A stretch of DNA of 32,000 nucleotides from Candidatus Saccharimonadota bacterium (lineage in GTDB: Bacteria > Bacteroidota > Bacteroidia > Flavobacteriales > Blattabacteriaceae), in contig NZ_CP059199.1 in NCBI RefSeq assembly GCF_014251775.1, forward strand, positions 240,001-272,000. The letters are read 5' to 3'. The notes below the pieces were generated by a model. That model saw only the letters and a program-made list of their open reading frames with translations, searched no databases and was not told where the DNA came from. The position numbers were made by a program, and so were the translations under genes. The first letter of the stretch is position 1, and each line of letters starts with the position of its first letter. Of this stretch, positions 1 through 8,765 are shown one piece after another.

Positions 1-1
1 T

Positions 2-601
2 AAAGAAAATTGGAAATCTTTAGTATTACCTATTCCAGGAGAACATAATTTAAAAAATGTAACAGCTGCATTAGCTATCTCCGATTATTTAAAAATAAAT
101 CAAGATAAAGTTAGAAAAGCACTTTTATTATTTAAAGGAATTGAAAGAAGATATTCTATTCATTACAAATCTGATAAAAAAGTATATATAGATGATTATG
201 CTCATCATCCAACTGAGATTAATGCATTAATTAAAACCATTAAAAAATGTTTTCCTAAAAAAAGAATATTGGGGATATTTCAACCACATTTATTTAGTAG
301 AACTAAATTTTTTGAATTTTTTTTTATAAAAAGTTTAGAAAAATTAGATTTTCTAATTTTATTAGAAATTTATCCAGCTAGAGAATCCCCCAAAGATTAT
401 AATAATATTAGCTCAAAAATTTTATTAGATAAAATAAAAATGATTTCTGAAAAAAATAAAATAATTTCTTCATTATCAAATGTTGTGGAAGTCATTGATA
501 AAAACGAATTAAACTTTGATATTATTCTTACAATAGGAGCGGGAGATATAGATACTTTAATTAATCCAATAAAAAATTTGCTATATAAGAAATATGGATA
601 A
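2..601 (+). CDS. murC: UDP-N-acetylmuramate--L-alanine ligase, C-terminal part (5' end lies outside the window)
   Basis: Frame 2 is open from the window edge. My translation reads ...PIPGEHNLKNVTAALA...GIERRYS...YIDDYAHHPTEINALI...RILGIFQPHLFSRT..., which matches Mur-ligase C-terminal domain motifs. The TTG at 269 in the ORF track is only an internal codon. The gene is followed by ftsQ-ftsA-ftsZ, the usual dcw cluster order. Confidence 0.9.
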   Translation, partial: KENWKSLVLPIPGEHNLKNVTAALAISDYLKINQDKVRKALLLFKGIERRYSIHYKSDKKVYIDDYAHHPTEINALIKTIKKCFPKKRILGIFQPHLFSRTKFFEFFFIKSLEKLDFLILLEIYPARESPKDYNNISSKILLDKIKMISEKNKIISSLSNVVEVIDKNELNFDIILTIGAGDIDTLINPIKNLLYKKYG

Positions 602-1016
602 AAATAGGGAAAAATTATTTACTTTTATTTCATTATTATATTTAATATTAATAATATTTTTTGTTTCTTTTTCTCAAAAAGAACATCAAAATAGATGTAT
701 AAAAAAATTAAAAATTTTTTTATACTCAAAAAACATACATAATAATAATTATAATAATAAAGTTAGAAATATTGTAAAAAAATTTTTATTTTCTAAAAAT
801 AAAAAAGTGAAAAAAAAAATTGGCCAATTGTGTATATTAGAAATAGAAAAATATTTAAATAAATTACCTTTTGTAAAAAGATCAGAAGTATTTATTAGTA
901 TAAATGGAGTTTTGAATATTAAGATTTATAATAATGAACAAAAAGAACCAATTTTTAACTTAAATAAAAAAAAATACCAAGCTATTTCAGTAATGATTTT
1001 TGATAAAAATGTTTAA
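594..1016 (+). CDS. ftsQ: Cell division protein FtsQ, unusually short (140 aa)
   Basis: The ATG overlaps the murC stop by 8 nt (ATGGATAA). There is one N-terminal TM helix (FTFISLLYLILIIFFVSF). A POTRA-like segment follows (LEIEKYLNKLPFVKRSEVFISINGVLNIKIYN). The position between murC and ftsA is conserved. Confidence 0.7.
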   Translation: MDKNREKLFTFISLLYLILIIFFVSFSQKEHQNRCIKKLKIFLYSKNIHNNNYNNKVRNIVKKFLFSKNKKVKKKIGQLCILEIEKYLNKLPFVKRSEVFISINGVLNIKIYNNEQKEPIFNLNKKKYQAISVMIFDKNV

Positions 1017-1085
1017 AATTCACAATTTTCTAGTTATTAAATATCAATTATTCGTAAGTTCGAAAAATATAAAGATAAATTTATT

Positions 1086-2480
1086 ATGGAATATCAAGAT
1101 ATAGCTATTGGTCTAGATGTGGGGACCACAAAGATTGTAGCTATGGTGGGAAGGAGAAATGAATATAATAAGATTGAAATTCTTGGAATAGGAAAATCTA
1201 AAAGTATAGGTGTGCATAGAGGTGTAGTAAATAATATAACTCAAACAATTGATGCTATTCGAGAATCTGTTTCTGAAGCTGAACATAGTTCAGGATTAAA
1301 AATAAAAGAAGTTATTGTTGGAATAGCGGGTCAACATATTAGAAGTTTACAACACAATGATTATATTACTCGTTCAGATTTTGAAAATGTTATCAATCAA
1401 AAAGATATACAGAAATTGATCGATCAAGTTCATAAATTAGTTATGCTACCTGGAGAAGAAATTATTCATGTTCTGCCTCAAGAATATAAAGTGGATAGTC
1501 AATCAGAAATAGGAGAACCTATCGGAATGTATGGTAGTCGTTTAGAAGCAAATTTTCATGTAGTTGTTGGACAAATATCATCTATTAGAAATATTGGACG
1601 ATGTGTTAAAGCTGCAGGATTAAATTTAGCTGGAATCACTTTAGAACCTATAGCGTCTGCAGAAGCAGTATTAAATAAGGAAGAAAGAGAAGCTGGAGTA
1701 GCTTTAGTAGATATAGGGGGAGGTACGACTGATGTCGCTATATTTAAAGATAATATAATCCGTCATACTGCTGTAATTCCTTTTGGAGGAAATGTGATTA
1801 CTGAAAAAATAAAAACAGAATGTTTAATCATTGAGAGACAAGCAGAATTATTGAAAATAAAATTTGGATCTGCATGGCCTGGAGAAAATAAAGATACAGA
1901 AATTGTTTGTATTCCTGGATTAAGAGGTAGAGAACCTAAAGAAATATCTTTAAAAAGTCTTTCTCAAATTATTCATGCAAAAGTTTGTGAAATTTTAGAA
2001 CATGTTAATATAGAAATTAATAATTATGGAAATGAAGAACATAAAAAAAGATTAATAGCAGGATTAGTTATGACTGGAGGAGGTTCTCAATTAAAACATA
2101 TACGACCTTTAACAGAATATATTACAGATATGGATGTCAGAATAGGATATTCTAATGAACATATAGCAGGAGGTGAAAATGGTTTTATAAGTAATCCAGA
2201 ATATGCGACATCTATTGGATTAGTGATTAAAGGACTTGACGATAAGAAAAAATATTTATGTACACCAGATATAGTATATAATAATATAGAAAAAAATAAT
2301 GAATTATTCTCTACTAAATTTTATAATAAAAATAAAATTAATCATTTTCCATATGAAAAAAAATCATCTCATTCAAATTCATTAGATGATTCTTCAATAA
2401 GAGATAACAAAAAAAAATCTAAATCTTTTTTAGAAATTTGGGCAGAGAAATTTCGTCAAATATTAAATGATACAGAATAA
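1086..2480 (+). CDS. ftsA: Cell division protein FtsA (actin-like ATPase)
   Basis: Motifs IGLDVGTTKIVAMVG, LVDIGGGTTDVAIF and MTGGGSQL are present. The C-terminus has an amphipathic segment (FLEIWAEKFRQIL) consistent with a membrane-targeting helix. The gene sits immediately upstream of ftsZ. Confidence 0.95.
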   Translation: MEYQDIAIGLDVGTTKIVAMVGRRNEYNKIEILGIGKSKSIGVHRGVVNNITQTIDAIRESVSEAEHSSGLKIKEVIVGIAGQHIRSLQHNDYITRSDFENVINQKDIQKLIDQVHKLVMLPGEEIIHVLPQEYKVDSQSEIGEPIGMYGSRLEANFHVVVGQISSIRNIGRCVKAAGLNLAGITLEPIASAEAVLNKEEREAGVALVDIGGGTTDVAIFKDNIIRHTAVIPFGGNVITEKIKTECLIIERQAELLKIKFGSAWPGENKDTEIVCIPGLRGREPKEISLKSLSQIIHAKVCEILEHVNIEINNYGNEEHKKRLIAGLVMTGGGSQLKHIRPLTEYITDMDVRIGYSNEHIAGGENGFISNPEYATSIGLVIKGLDDKKKYLCTPDIVYNNIEKNNELFSTKFYNKNKINHFPYEKKSSHSNSLDDSSIRDNKKKSKSFLEIWAEKFRQILNDTE

Positions 2481-3839
2481 ATGAGAAAAGAAGATTTACA
2501 ACATAATAATAATAAAATCCATTTTGGATTTACTAATAAGCGTTCAGCTGCAATTAAAGTAATTGGCGTAGGTGGTGGAGGAAGTAATGCTTTAAGTTAT
2601 ATGTTTGAACAAGGAATTAATGGTGTAGATTTTATAGCGTGTAATACTGATGCACAAGCATTAAACAATAATCCAGTTCCTATAAAGATTCAATTAGGAG
2701 CTTCTATAACAGAAGGTTTAGGTGCAGGAGCAGATCCAGAGGTAGGTGAAAAGGCTGCATTAGAAAGTTTAGAAGAAATAAAAAGTGTTTTAGATTCTAA
2801 TACTAAAATGACCTTTATTACTGCTGGTATGGGAGGTGGAACAGGTACAGGTGCTGCTCCAGTTATTGCGGGAATTTCTAAAGAAAAAGGTATTTTAACA
2901 GTTGGAATAGTAACTATTCCATTTCATTTTGAAGGGAAGATGAGACTTAAACAGGCTCAAAAAGGAATAGAATCATTAAGAAAAAATGTAGATTCTTTAA
3001 TTGTTATTAATAATGATAAATTAAGAGAATTATATGGAAATCTTGGATTTAAAGCAGGATTTGCAAAAGCAGATGAAGTTTTAACTACTGCAGCTAAGGG
3101 AATAGCAGAAGTTATTACTCATCATTATAAACAAAATATAGATCTGAGAGATACAAGAACAGTATTAAAAGAAAGTGGAACTGCGGTAATGGGATCATCT
3201 GTATCTGTTGGCGAAAATAGAGCTAAAGAAGCTGTAATTCAAGCTTTGGATTCTCCATTATTAAATGATAACAAAATTACTGGAGCTAAAAATGTTCTTC
3301 TTCTGATTGTTTCTGGTAGAATTGAAATTACTATAGATGAAATAGGAGTTATCAGTGATTATATCCAATCAGAAGCAGGAAATAATGCAAATATTATTAT
3401 GGGAATAGGAGAAGATGAAAAATTAGAAGAAAGTATTTCAGTTACTATAGTAGCTACTGGCTTTCCTACTGAAATACAAAGAATTATTAATCAAGAAGAA
3501 AAAAAAATTTTTCATAGATTAGAAGAACCTTATGAAAAAAAAATACCTGATAGAGATGGAATGACAAACTTTCCTAATCGACAAAAAGATTCATTGTTTT
3601 CTATAACAAAATATAATACAGATAAATTAAAAAATAAAACTACAACTAGTAAAGATTTTTCTTTAAGAAAAAATATATTTGATAATTCTATTAAATCAAA
3701 ATCATCTTCTTCTAAGGAAAAAAAAAGATATTATTTAGAAGATGATTTTGATTTTCCTATATCTTCTTCTACTAATTCTAATAATAAAAAAAAAAATAAA
3801 AATTTTCCAGTAGGGGGGGGGCATGAAACTGAAAAATAA
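2481..3839 (+). CDS. ftsZ: Cell division GTPase FtsZ
   Basis: The start abuts the ftsA stop (TAA ATG). It has VIGVGGGGSNA and the tubulin signature GMGGGTGTGAAPVIA. A long low-complexity K/N/S-rich C-terminal linker follows. Confidence 0.97.
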   Translation: MRKEDLQHNNNKIHFGFTNKRSAAIKVIGVGGGGSNALSYMFEQGINGVDFIACNTDAQALNNNPVPIKIQLGASITEGLGAGADPEVGEKAALESLEEIKSVLDSNTKMTFITAGMGGGTGTGAAPVIAGISKEKGILTVGIVTIPFHFEGKMRLKQAQKGIESLRKNVDSLIVINNDKLRELYGNLGFKAGFAKADEVLTTAAKGIAEVITHHYKQNIDLRDTRTVLKESGTAVMGSSVSVGENRAKEAVIQALDSPLLNDNKITGAKNVLLLIVSGRIEITIDEIGVISDYIQSEAGNNANIIMGIGEDEKLEESISVTIVATGFPTEIQRIINQEEKKIFHRLEEPYEKKIPDRDGMTNFPNRQKDSLFSITKYNTDKLKNKTTTSKDFSLRKNIFDNSIKSKSSSSKEKKRYYLEDDFDFPISSSTNSNNKKKNKNFPVGGGHETEK

Positions 3840-3866
3840 AAAATATTTTCAGTTTCATGTTTTTTT
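3822..3866 (+). terminator. Rho-independent terminator after ftsZ
   Basis: A perfect 14-bp stem pairs 3822-3835 (catgaaactgaaaa) with 3846-3859 (ttttcagtttcatg). The loop is 10 nt and a T7 run follows at 3860-3866. The ftsZ stop codon (3837-3839) lies inside the loop. Confidence 0.8.
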
Positions 3867-3873
3867 ATGATTT

Positions 3874-5283
3874 ATGAAATATTTTCTACCAAAAGGTACT
3901 AGAGATTTTAGTACAAATGAATTAATAAAAAGAAATTTTATAATTAAAATTATTCAGAAAAATTTTAAACTTTTTGGATTCTATCCTCTAGAAACTAGTT
4001 CTTTTGAAAAAAAATCTACTCTTGATGGAAAATATGGAGAAGAAGGTGAATCCTTGATATTTAAATTACTACATTCAGGAGATACTTTAAAAAAAGGATT
4101 ATCAAATTTTTTGAATAAAATTAATAATGATAAAATAAAAAATTTATCATTATTAACCAATTTTTTTTCTAATAAAGCATTAAGATATGATTTAACTGTT
4201 CCTTTAGTAAGGTATATAGTTATGAATAAAAATAAAATAATTTTTCCTTTTAGGAGATATCAAATGCAACCAGTATGGAGAGCTGAAAATCCTCAAAAAG
4301 GAAGATTTAGAGAATTTTTTCAATGTGATGCAGATATTATATCATCATTTATTTCTTTATGGGATGAAATAGAACTTATTAAGCTTTGTGATTTTATATT
4401 TAATGAATTAAATCTTCCGGTTATAATTTATATTAATCATATAGAAATTTTGAAAGGATTAGTTAAAATATATGGAATAAAAGAAAGTTTATGGAAAGAT
4501 TTTATTATATCATTAGATAAATGGAAAAAAATTGGAAAAAATTTAGTTAAGAAAGAAATGTTACAGAAAGGAATTTCTATAACATCTTTTGAAAGAATAT
4601 CAGATCTTTTAGAAAAAGAAAAAAATTTTTTGGAAATAAAAAATTTTTTAACATCGAAATTTAAATCTATTAAAAATAAAATAGGAGAAAAAAGTATTAA
4701 AGATTTAAGTATAGTATATGAAACTATAAAAAATATTTCTTTAAAAAAAATCAAAATAGAATGGAGTCTTTCTTTAGCCAGAGGAATAAATTATTATACA
4801 GGAATTATATGGGAAATAGTACCAATTAATAATAAAAATACAAAATATTCATATTCAATTGGAGGAGGAGGAAGATACAGTAGATTAACCAAATTATTTG
4901 GAATGGAAAATATTTCAGGTTTAGGATTATCATTTGGATTGGATAGAATTTATTTAACTATGGAAAAAGAAAATTTATTTAAAAATTCTATTTTTTTTCC
5001 TTCAAAAATTTTATTCATTAATTTTGGTTATGAAGAATCTTTATATACATATAAATTGATGAATATTTTAAGAGAAAAAGGAATATCCAATCAATTATAT
5101 CCTAATAACATAAAAATTCATAAACAATTTAAATATGCTAATGATAATAAAATTCCATTTGCCATTATAATAGGAAAAAATGAAATAATCAATAATAAAA
5201 TTAAGATAAAAAATCTAAAAACTAGAATAGAAAAAGAATATAATGATATCAATGATTTAATTAAATATATCAATATGTATTAG
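3874..5283 (+). CDS. hisS: Histidine--tRNA ligase (class II)
   Basis: Motifs PKGTRDF, LRYDLTVPLVRY, FRRYQMQPVWRAENPQKGRFREFFQCD and GGGGRY are present. The C-terminal region looks like an anticodon-binding domain. Confidence 0.93.
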   Translation: MKYFLPKGTRDFSTNELIKRNFIIKIIQKNFKLFGFYPLETSSFEKKSTLDGKYGEEGESLIFKLLHSGDTLKKGLSNFLNKINNDKIKNLSLLTNFFSNKALRYDLTVPLVRYIVMNKNKIIFPFRRYQMQPVWRAENPQKGRFREFFQCDADIISSFISLWDEIELIKLCDFIFNELNLPVIIYINHIEILKGLVKIYGIKESLWKDFIISLDKWKKIGKNLVKKEMLQKGISITSFERISDLLEKEKNFLEIKNFLTSKFKSIKNKIGEKSIKDLSIVYETIKNISLKKIKIEWSLSLARGINYYTGIIWEIVPINNKNTKYSYSIGGGGRYSRLTKLFGMENISGLGLSFGLDRIYLTMEKENLFKNSIFFPSKILFINFGYEESLYTYKLMNILREKGISNQLYPNNIKIHKQFKYANDNKIPFAIIIGKNEIINNKIKIKNLKTRIEKEYNDINDLIKYINMY

Positions 5284-5307
5284 TTGAACATAATAAAATT
5301 TGATAAA

Positions 5308-5961
5308 TTATATATCTATACTATAAACTAAATAATAATCGCCTATTTTTCTATAAAATGCAGAAAATTTTATACTACAAGAATTTTTTAATATCCAACA
5401 TGATATAGGAAAATTTTTTTGAATACAAAAAGGAGAAACTTTATAATTTTTTAAAAAATTATAAAAAATTCCTCCTGTTAATTTGTACAAACTTTCTTTT
5501 ATACCCCATATAATGTATAAATAATCTATTTCATTATTTAATTTTTTTTGAATAAAAATATTTTCGTCATTTCTAATGAATTTATTTTTTATTTTTAAAA
5601 TTTTATTATCATATCTAAATTTTTCTATATCTATTCCTATATGATGATAACTAATAGCTATGGCCATTTTATCATAGGAATGACTTAATGAAATTATATT
5701 TTTTTTTTTCTTATATAAGAAAATTTTTTTTTTTTTATCATAAAAAACATTCACTTTTATGCCCAAATATTTTAGAGCGTAACGTACCCCTAAAAATTCT
5801 TTTTTTTTCTTTTTGGAAGATAAAGAAAAAAAGAATTTTTTTTCTTTATTTGTTAACTCTATTTTTTCAAAAAAAAAATTATCTAATAATTTTTTCCATT
5901 TTAAAACTATAATTTTTGTATGTATTTTATTAAATTCTAAATTCTTCATAAAAAGAAACAA
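5308..5961 (-). CDS. 4'-phosphopantetheinyl transferase superfamily protein (Sfp-type)
   Basis: It carries the PPTase motifs GIDIEKF and WGIKESLYKL. The ORF-track start at 5961 is a TTG. The ATG at 5949 (MKNLEF...) is the more likely start. Confidence 0.75.
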   Translation of the reverse strand: MFLFMKNLEFNKIHTKIIVLKWKKLLDNFFFEKIELTNKEKKFFFSLSSKKKKKEFLGVRYALKYLGIKVNVFYDKKKKIFLYKKKKNIISLSHSYDKMAIAISYHHIGIDIEKFRYDNKILKIKNKFIRNDENIFIQKKLNNEIDYLYIIWGIKESLYKLTGGIFYNFLKNYKVSPFCIQKNFPISCWILKNSCSIKFSAFYRKIGDYYLVYSIDI

Positions 5962-5975
5962 TATTAAACAAAATA

Positions 5976-7007
5976 ATGAAAAAAAAAATTGAGAAAATAT
6001 TAGAAACTATTACATTAAATAATAAAAATATCATAGAATTAAATCTTTTAAAAAAAATAGATTTATTATCTGAAAAAATTATTATTCATTTGATATCTCC
6101 TAATCCTACTATGCATATAAAGAATAAACTAATAAAAAATATTACTAATTCTATAAAAAATAAAATAAATACGAATAAAAATATTTATATAAAATTTCAT
6201 CATAATATAAATTCAAGAAAAGAATCTTTAAAAATAAAAAAAATCATCGCTATAGCATCTGGAAAAGGTGGTGTAGGAAAATCAACAATAGCTTCTAATA
6301 TATCTGTTACTTTAGCAAATATGGGATTTAATGTAGGATTATTAGATTCAGATATTTATGGACCATCTATTCCGTTAATGTTTAACATTAAAATTAACGA
6401 TATTTCTATTTTACATAATAAAAATGGAACATTTAATCCTATCATTAGTCATGGAGTAAAAATATTATCCATAGGTTTTTTTTCTGGATATGGAAAGGCA
6501 ATAGTTTGGAGAGGCCCTATGGTAACTAAAGCTTTAATTCAATTTATTTATGATACTAATTGGGGAAAATTAGATTTTTTAATTATCGATTTACCTCCCG
6601 GAACAGGAGATATTCATTTATCTCTTTTACAAGAATTTTTATTAAATGGTATAGTTATAGTAAGCACCTCTCAAAAAGTAGCTATATCTGATGTTATAAG
6701 AACTATAGAAATGTTTCGAATTGAATCGATTCATGTTCCAATATTAGGAATTATTGAAAATATGTCTTTTTTTATAACAAACAATAATATACATGATAAA
6801 AAAATACATTTCTTATTTGGAAAAAATAATATTAAAAAATTGTCTAAAAAAATGAATTTATTTTTTTTAGGAGAAATTCCTTTTTTACAAGAAATACAAA
6901 TATTTTCTGATTTTGGAAAACCGGCTATTATAGAAAATAATACGGTAAAAGATATTTTTATAAAAATTACAAAAAATATTTTAGATCAAATTAAAAATAA
7001 AAAATAG
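5976..7007 (+). CDS. mrp: Mrp/ApbC-family Fe-S cluster carrier ATPase
   Basis: It has a deviant Walker A (IASGKGGVGKSTIA) and DLPPGTGD. The N-terminal ~90 aa resemble a DUF59-type domain. Confidence 0.9.
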   Translation: MKKKIEKILETITLNNKNIIELNLLKKIDLLSEKIIIHLISPNPTMHIKNKLIKNITNSIKNKINTNKNIYIKFHHNINSRKESLKIKKIIAIASGKGGVGKSTIASNISVTLANMGFNVGLLDSDIYGPSIPLMFNIKINDISILHNKNGTFNPIISHGVKILSIGFFSGYGKAIVWRGPMVTKALIQFIYDTNWGKLDFLIIDLPPGTGDIHLSLLQEFLLNGIVIVSTSQKVAISDVIRTIEMFRIESIHVPILGIIENMSFFITNNNIHDKKIHFLFGKNNIKKLSKKMNLFFLGEIPFLQEIQIFSDFGKPAIIENNTVKDIFIKITKNILDQIKNKK

Positions 7008-7033
7008 TCTATTTTTTTATTGAAAATTATTAT

Positions 7034-8077
7034 TTAATGATAAAAATCATCAATTATTTCTACTTCTCTTGATAAATAGATTCCAAATTTTTTTTTTATA
7101 TCAAAAATAATTTTTTCTGATATATAAAATATATCCATTCCACTAGCTAGTCCATAATTTAATAGAATAATTGGATTTTTTTCAGATATTCCTACATCAC
7201 CAATTCTAATCCCCTTCCATCCAGTATATTCTATTAAATGACTAGCAGATATTTTAATTTCATTTTTATTATTATATATTGGATATCCAATGATATTAGG
7301 GTGATTTATTTTTAATTTTTTAAAATGATATTTTTTTATGATTGGATTCATAAAAAAACTTCCAGCATTTCCTATTTTTTTTGGATGTGGAATTTTTTTA
7401 TTTCTCATAGAGAGAATAATTTTTATTATATCATTAGAATTAGGTTTTTTAATATTTAGTAAATTTAATTCTTTTTGAAGAGCTAAATAAGATAAATTAT
7501 ACTTATGATACTTTTTTTTTCTTAATATAAAGAAAACAGATAAAACTATATATTTATTTTTAGAAAAATTTTTTTTAAAAAAAGAGTTTCTATATCCAAA
7601 TTCACATTTTATATTCGAAAATTCGATAATTTTTTTACTTTTTATTTCATAAACTCTGACTTTTAGTAAAATATCTTTAATTTCGCTTCCATATGCTCCA
7701 ATATTTTGGATCGGAGCTACTCCTACTGTTCCAGGAATAAATGATAAATTTTCTAAACCATTAAATTCATTTTTTATAGTCCATTTTACAAGATCATCCC
7801 AATTTTCTCCACAATTAGCTTTAATAATTACCTGAAATTTATTTTCATAAACAATTTTTATCCCTTTTATTTCCATCTTAATAACTAATCCTGGATAATA
7901 TTCTTTTAAAAAAAGAATATTACTTCCATTCCCTAAAATCATTTTAGGAATGGATTTATATATATGAAAAATTTTTTTAAAATCATTTATACTTTTTACT
8001 ATTGTAAAATAACGAGTATAAGTATTTATTCCGAATGTGTTAAATTTTTTTAGAGAGTAGTATTTCTCAATAATCAT
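7034..8077 (-). CDS. murB: UDP-N-acetylenolpyruvoylglucosamine reductase
   Basis: N-terminal FAD-binding pattern (KKFNTFGI...LGNGSNILF), plus GTVGVAPIQNIGAYG and the NAGSFFMNP motif. At 347 aa the length is typical of long-form MurB. Confidence 0.92.
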   Translation of the reverse strand: MIIEKYYSLKKFNTFGINTYTRYFTIVKSINDFKKIFHIYKSIPKMILGNGSNILFLKEYYPGLVIKMEIKGIKIVYENKFQVIIKANCGENWDDLVKWTIKNEFNGLENLSFIPGTVGVAPIQNIGAYGSEIKDILLKVRVYEIKSKKIIEFSNIKCEFGYRNSFFKKNFSKNKYIVLSVFFILRKKKYHKYNLSYLALQKELNLLNIKKPNSNDIIKIILSMRNKKIPHPKKIGNAGSFFMNPIIKKYHFKKLKINHPNIIGYPIYNNKNEIKISASHLIEYTGWKGIRIGDVGISEKNPIILLNYGLASGMDIFYISEKIIFDIKKKFGIYLSREVEIIDDFYH

Positions 8078-8155
8078 AAATAAAATAAAAGAATTAAATT
8101 TTGTTTGTAAATATTGTATTGATTAAATTTATTTAGAAAATATAAAAAAATTATT

Positions 8156-8440
8156 TTGTCTATTATGAAAAAAAGTAATAATTTATTTTTAGGTATTATT
8201 ATTGGGACTATAGCTGGATTTATTATGGGAATAATGTTTTATCAAAAAAAAGAAAAAAAAATAAATAAAATGTTTAATCAAAAAACAAAAAAATTAAAAG
8301 AAAATTTACAAAATCTTAGTAAAGAAATTTGTAAAAAAATTAATGAAATAAAATCAGATTTTGAAAATAAATGGAAAAATAATGATATAAATAAAATCAA
8401 TCAAAATCAAGATACCGTTGAAGATGAATTAGGTACTTGA
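8156..8440 (+). CDS. Small membrane-anchored protein, YtxH-like
   Basis: There is a single N-terminal TM helix (LFLGIIIGTIAGFIMGIMF) followed by a K/E/N-rich helical tail, the pattern of the YtxH family. The track start at 8156 is a TTG. The ATG at 8165 (MKKSNN...) is more plausible. Confidence 0.5.
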   Translation: MSIMKKSNNLFLGIIIGTIAGFIMGIMFYQKKEKKINKMFNQKTKKLKENLQNLSKEICKKINEIKSDFENKWKNNDINKINQNQDTVEDELGT

Positions 8441-8447
8441 TTATAGT

Positions 8448-8765
8448 ATGTTTTTTTTGATTAAACATTTTATTTATCATCATTGGAATAAATTAAGAAA
8501 TAAATTAATTAAAATATTTATTTCTATAATGATTGAAATAATTATTAATTTTTTATTAATAATGTTATTTTGTATTACTTTATTTTTTGGATGTTTATCA
8601 TTGTCATTTTTTATATCTTTTTATTTTAAAGATTATTTTATTGGATTTAGTATTGTTACTCTATTATTTTTATTTTTTTTTCTTTTTTTATTTTTTCTTG
8701 GTAAGAGAATTATCCGTTTTATTGTAAATGTTTTTTTAAAAAAATATAAAATTATTGAAAAATAA
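8448..8765 (+). CDS. Hypothetical small integral membrane protein
   Basis: This 105-aa ORF fills the gap between the YtxH-like gene and rlmB on the same strand. It has two or three hydrophobic spans. I recognise no catalytic motif. An AT-rich genome can produce F/I/L-rich ORFs by chance, so confidence is moderate. Confidence 0.45.
   Translation: MFFLIKHFIYHHWNKLRNKLIKIFISIMIEIIINFLLIMLFCITLFFGCLSLSFFISFYFKDYFIGFSIVTLLFLFFFLFLFFLGKRIIRFIVNVFLKKYKIIEK

Noticed and set aside
4437-4754. 105-aa ORF antisense to hisS
   Set aside because: It lies entirely inside a well-supported hisS CDS on the other strand. Its F/I/K-rich composition is what the complement of K/N/I-rich coding sequence produces. 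It has no motif and no independent start context.
5688-5912. 74-aa ORF antisense to the PPTase gene
   Set aside because: It is the complement of poly-Lys and poly-Phe coding runs. This is a low-complexity artefact inside a gene with clear PPTase motifs.
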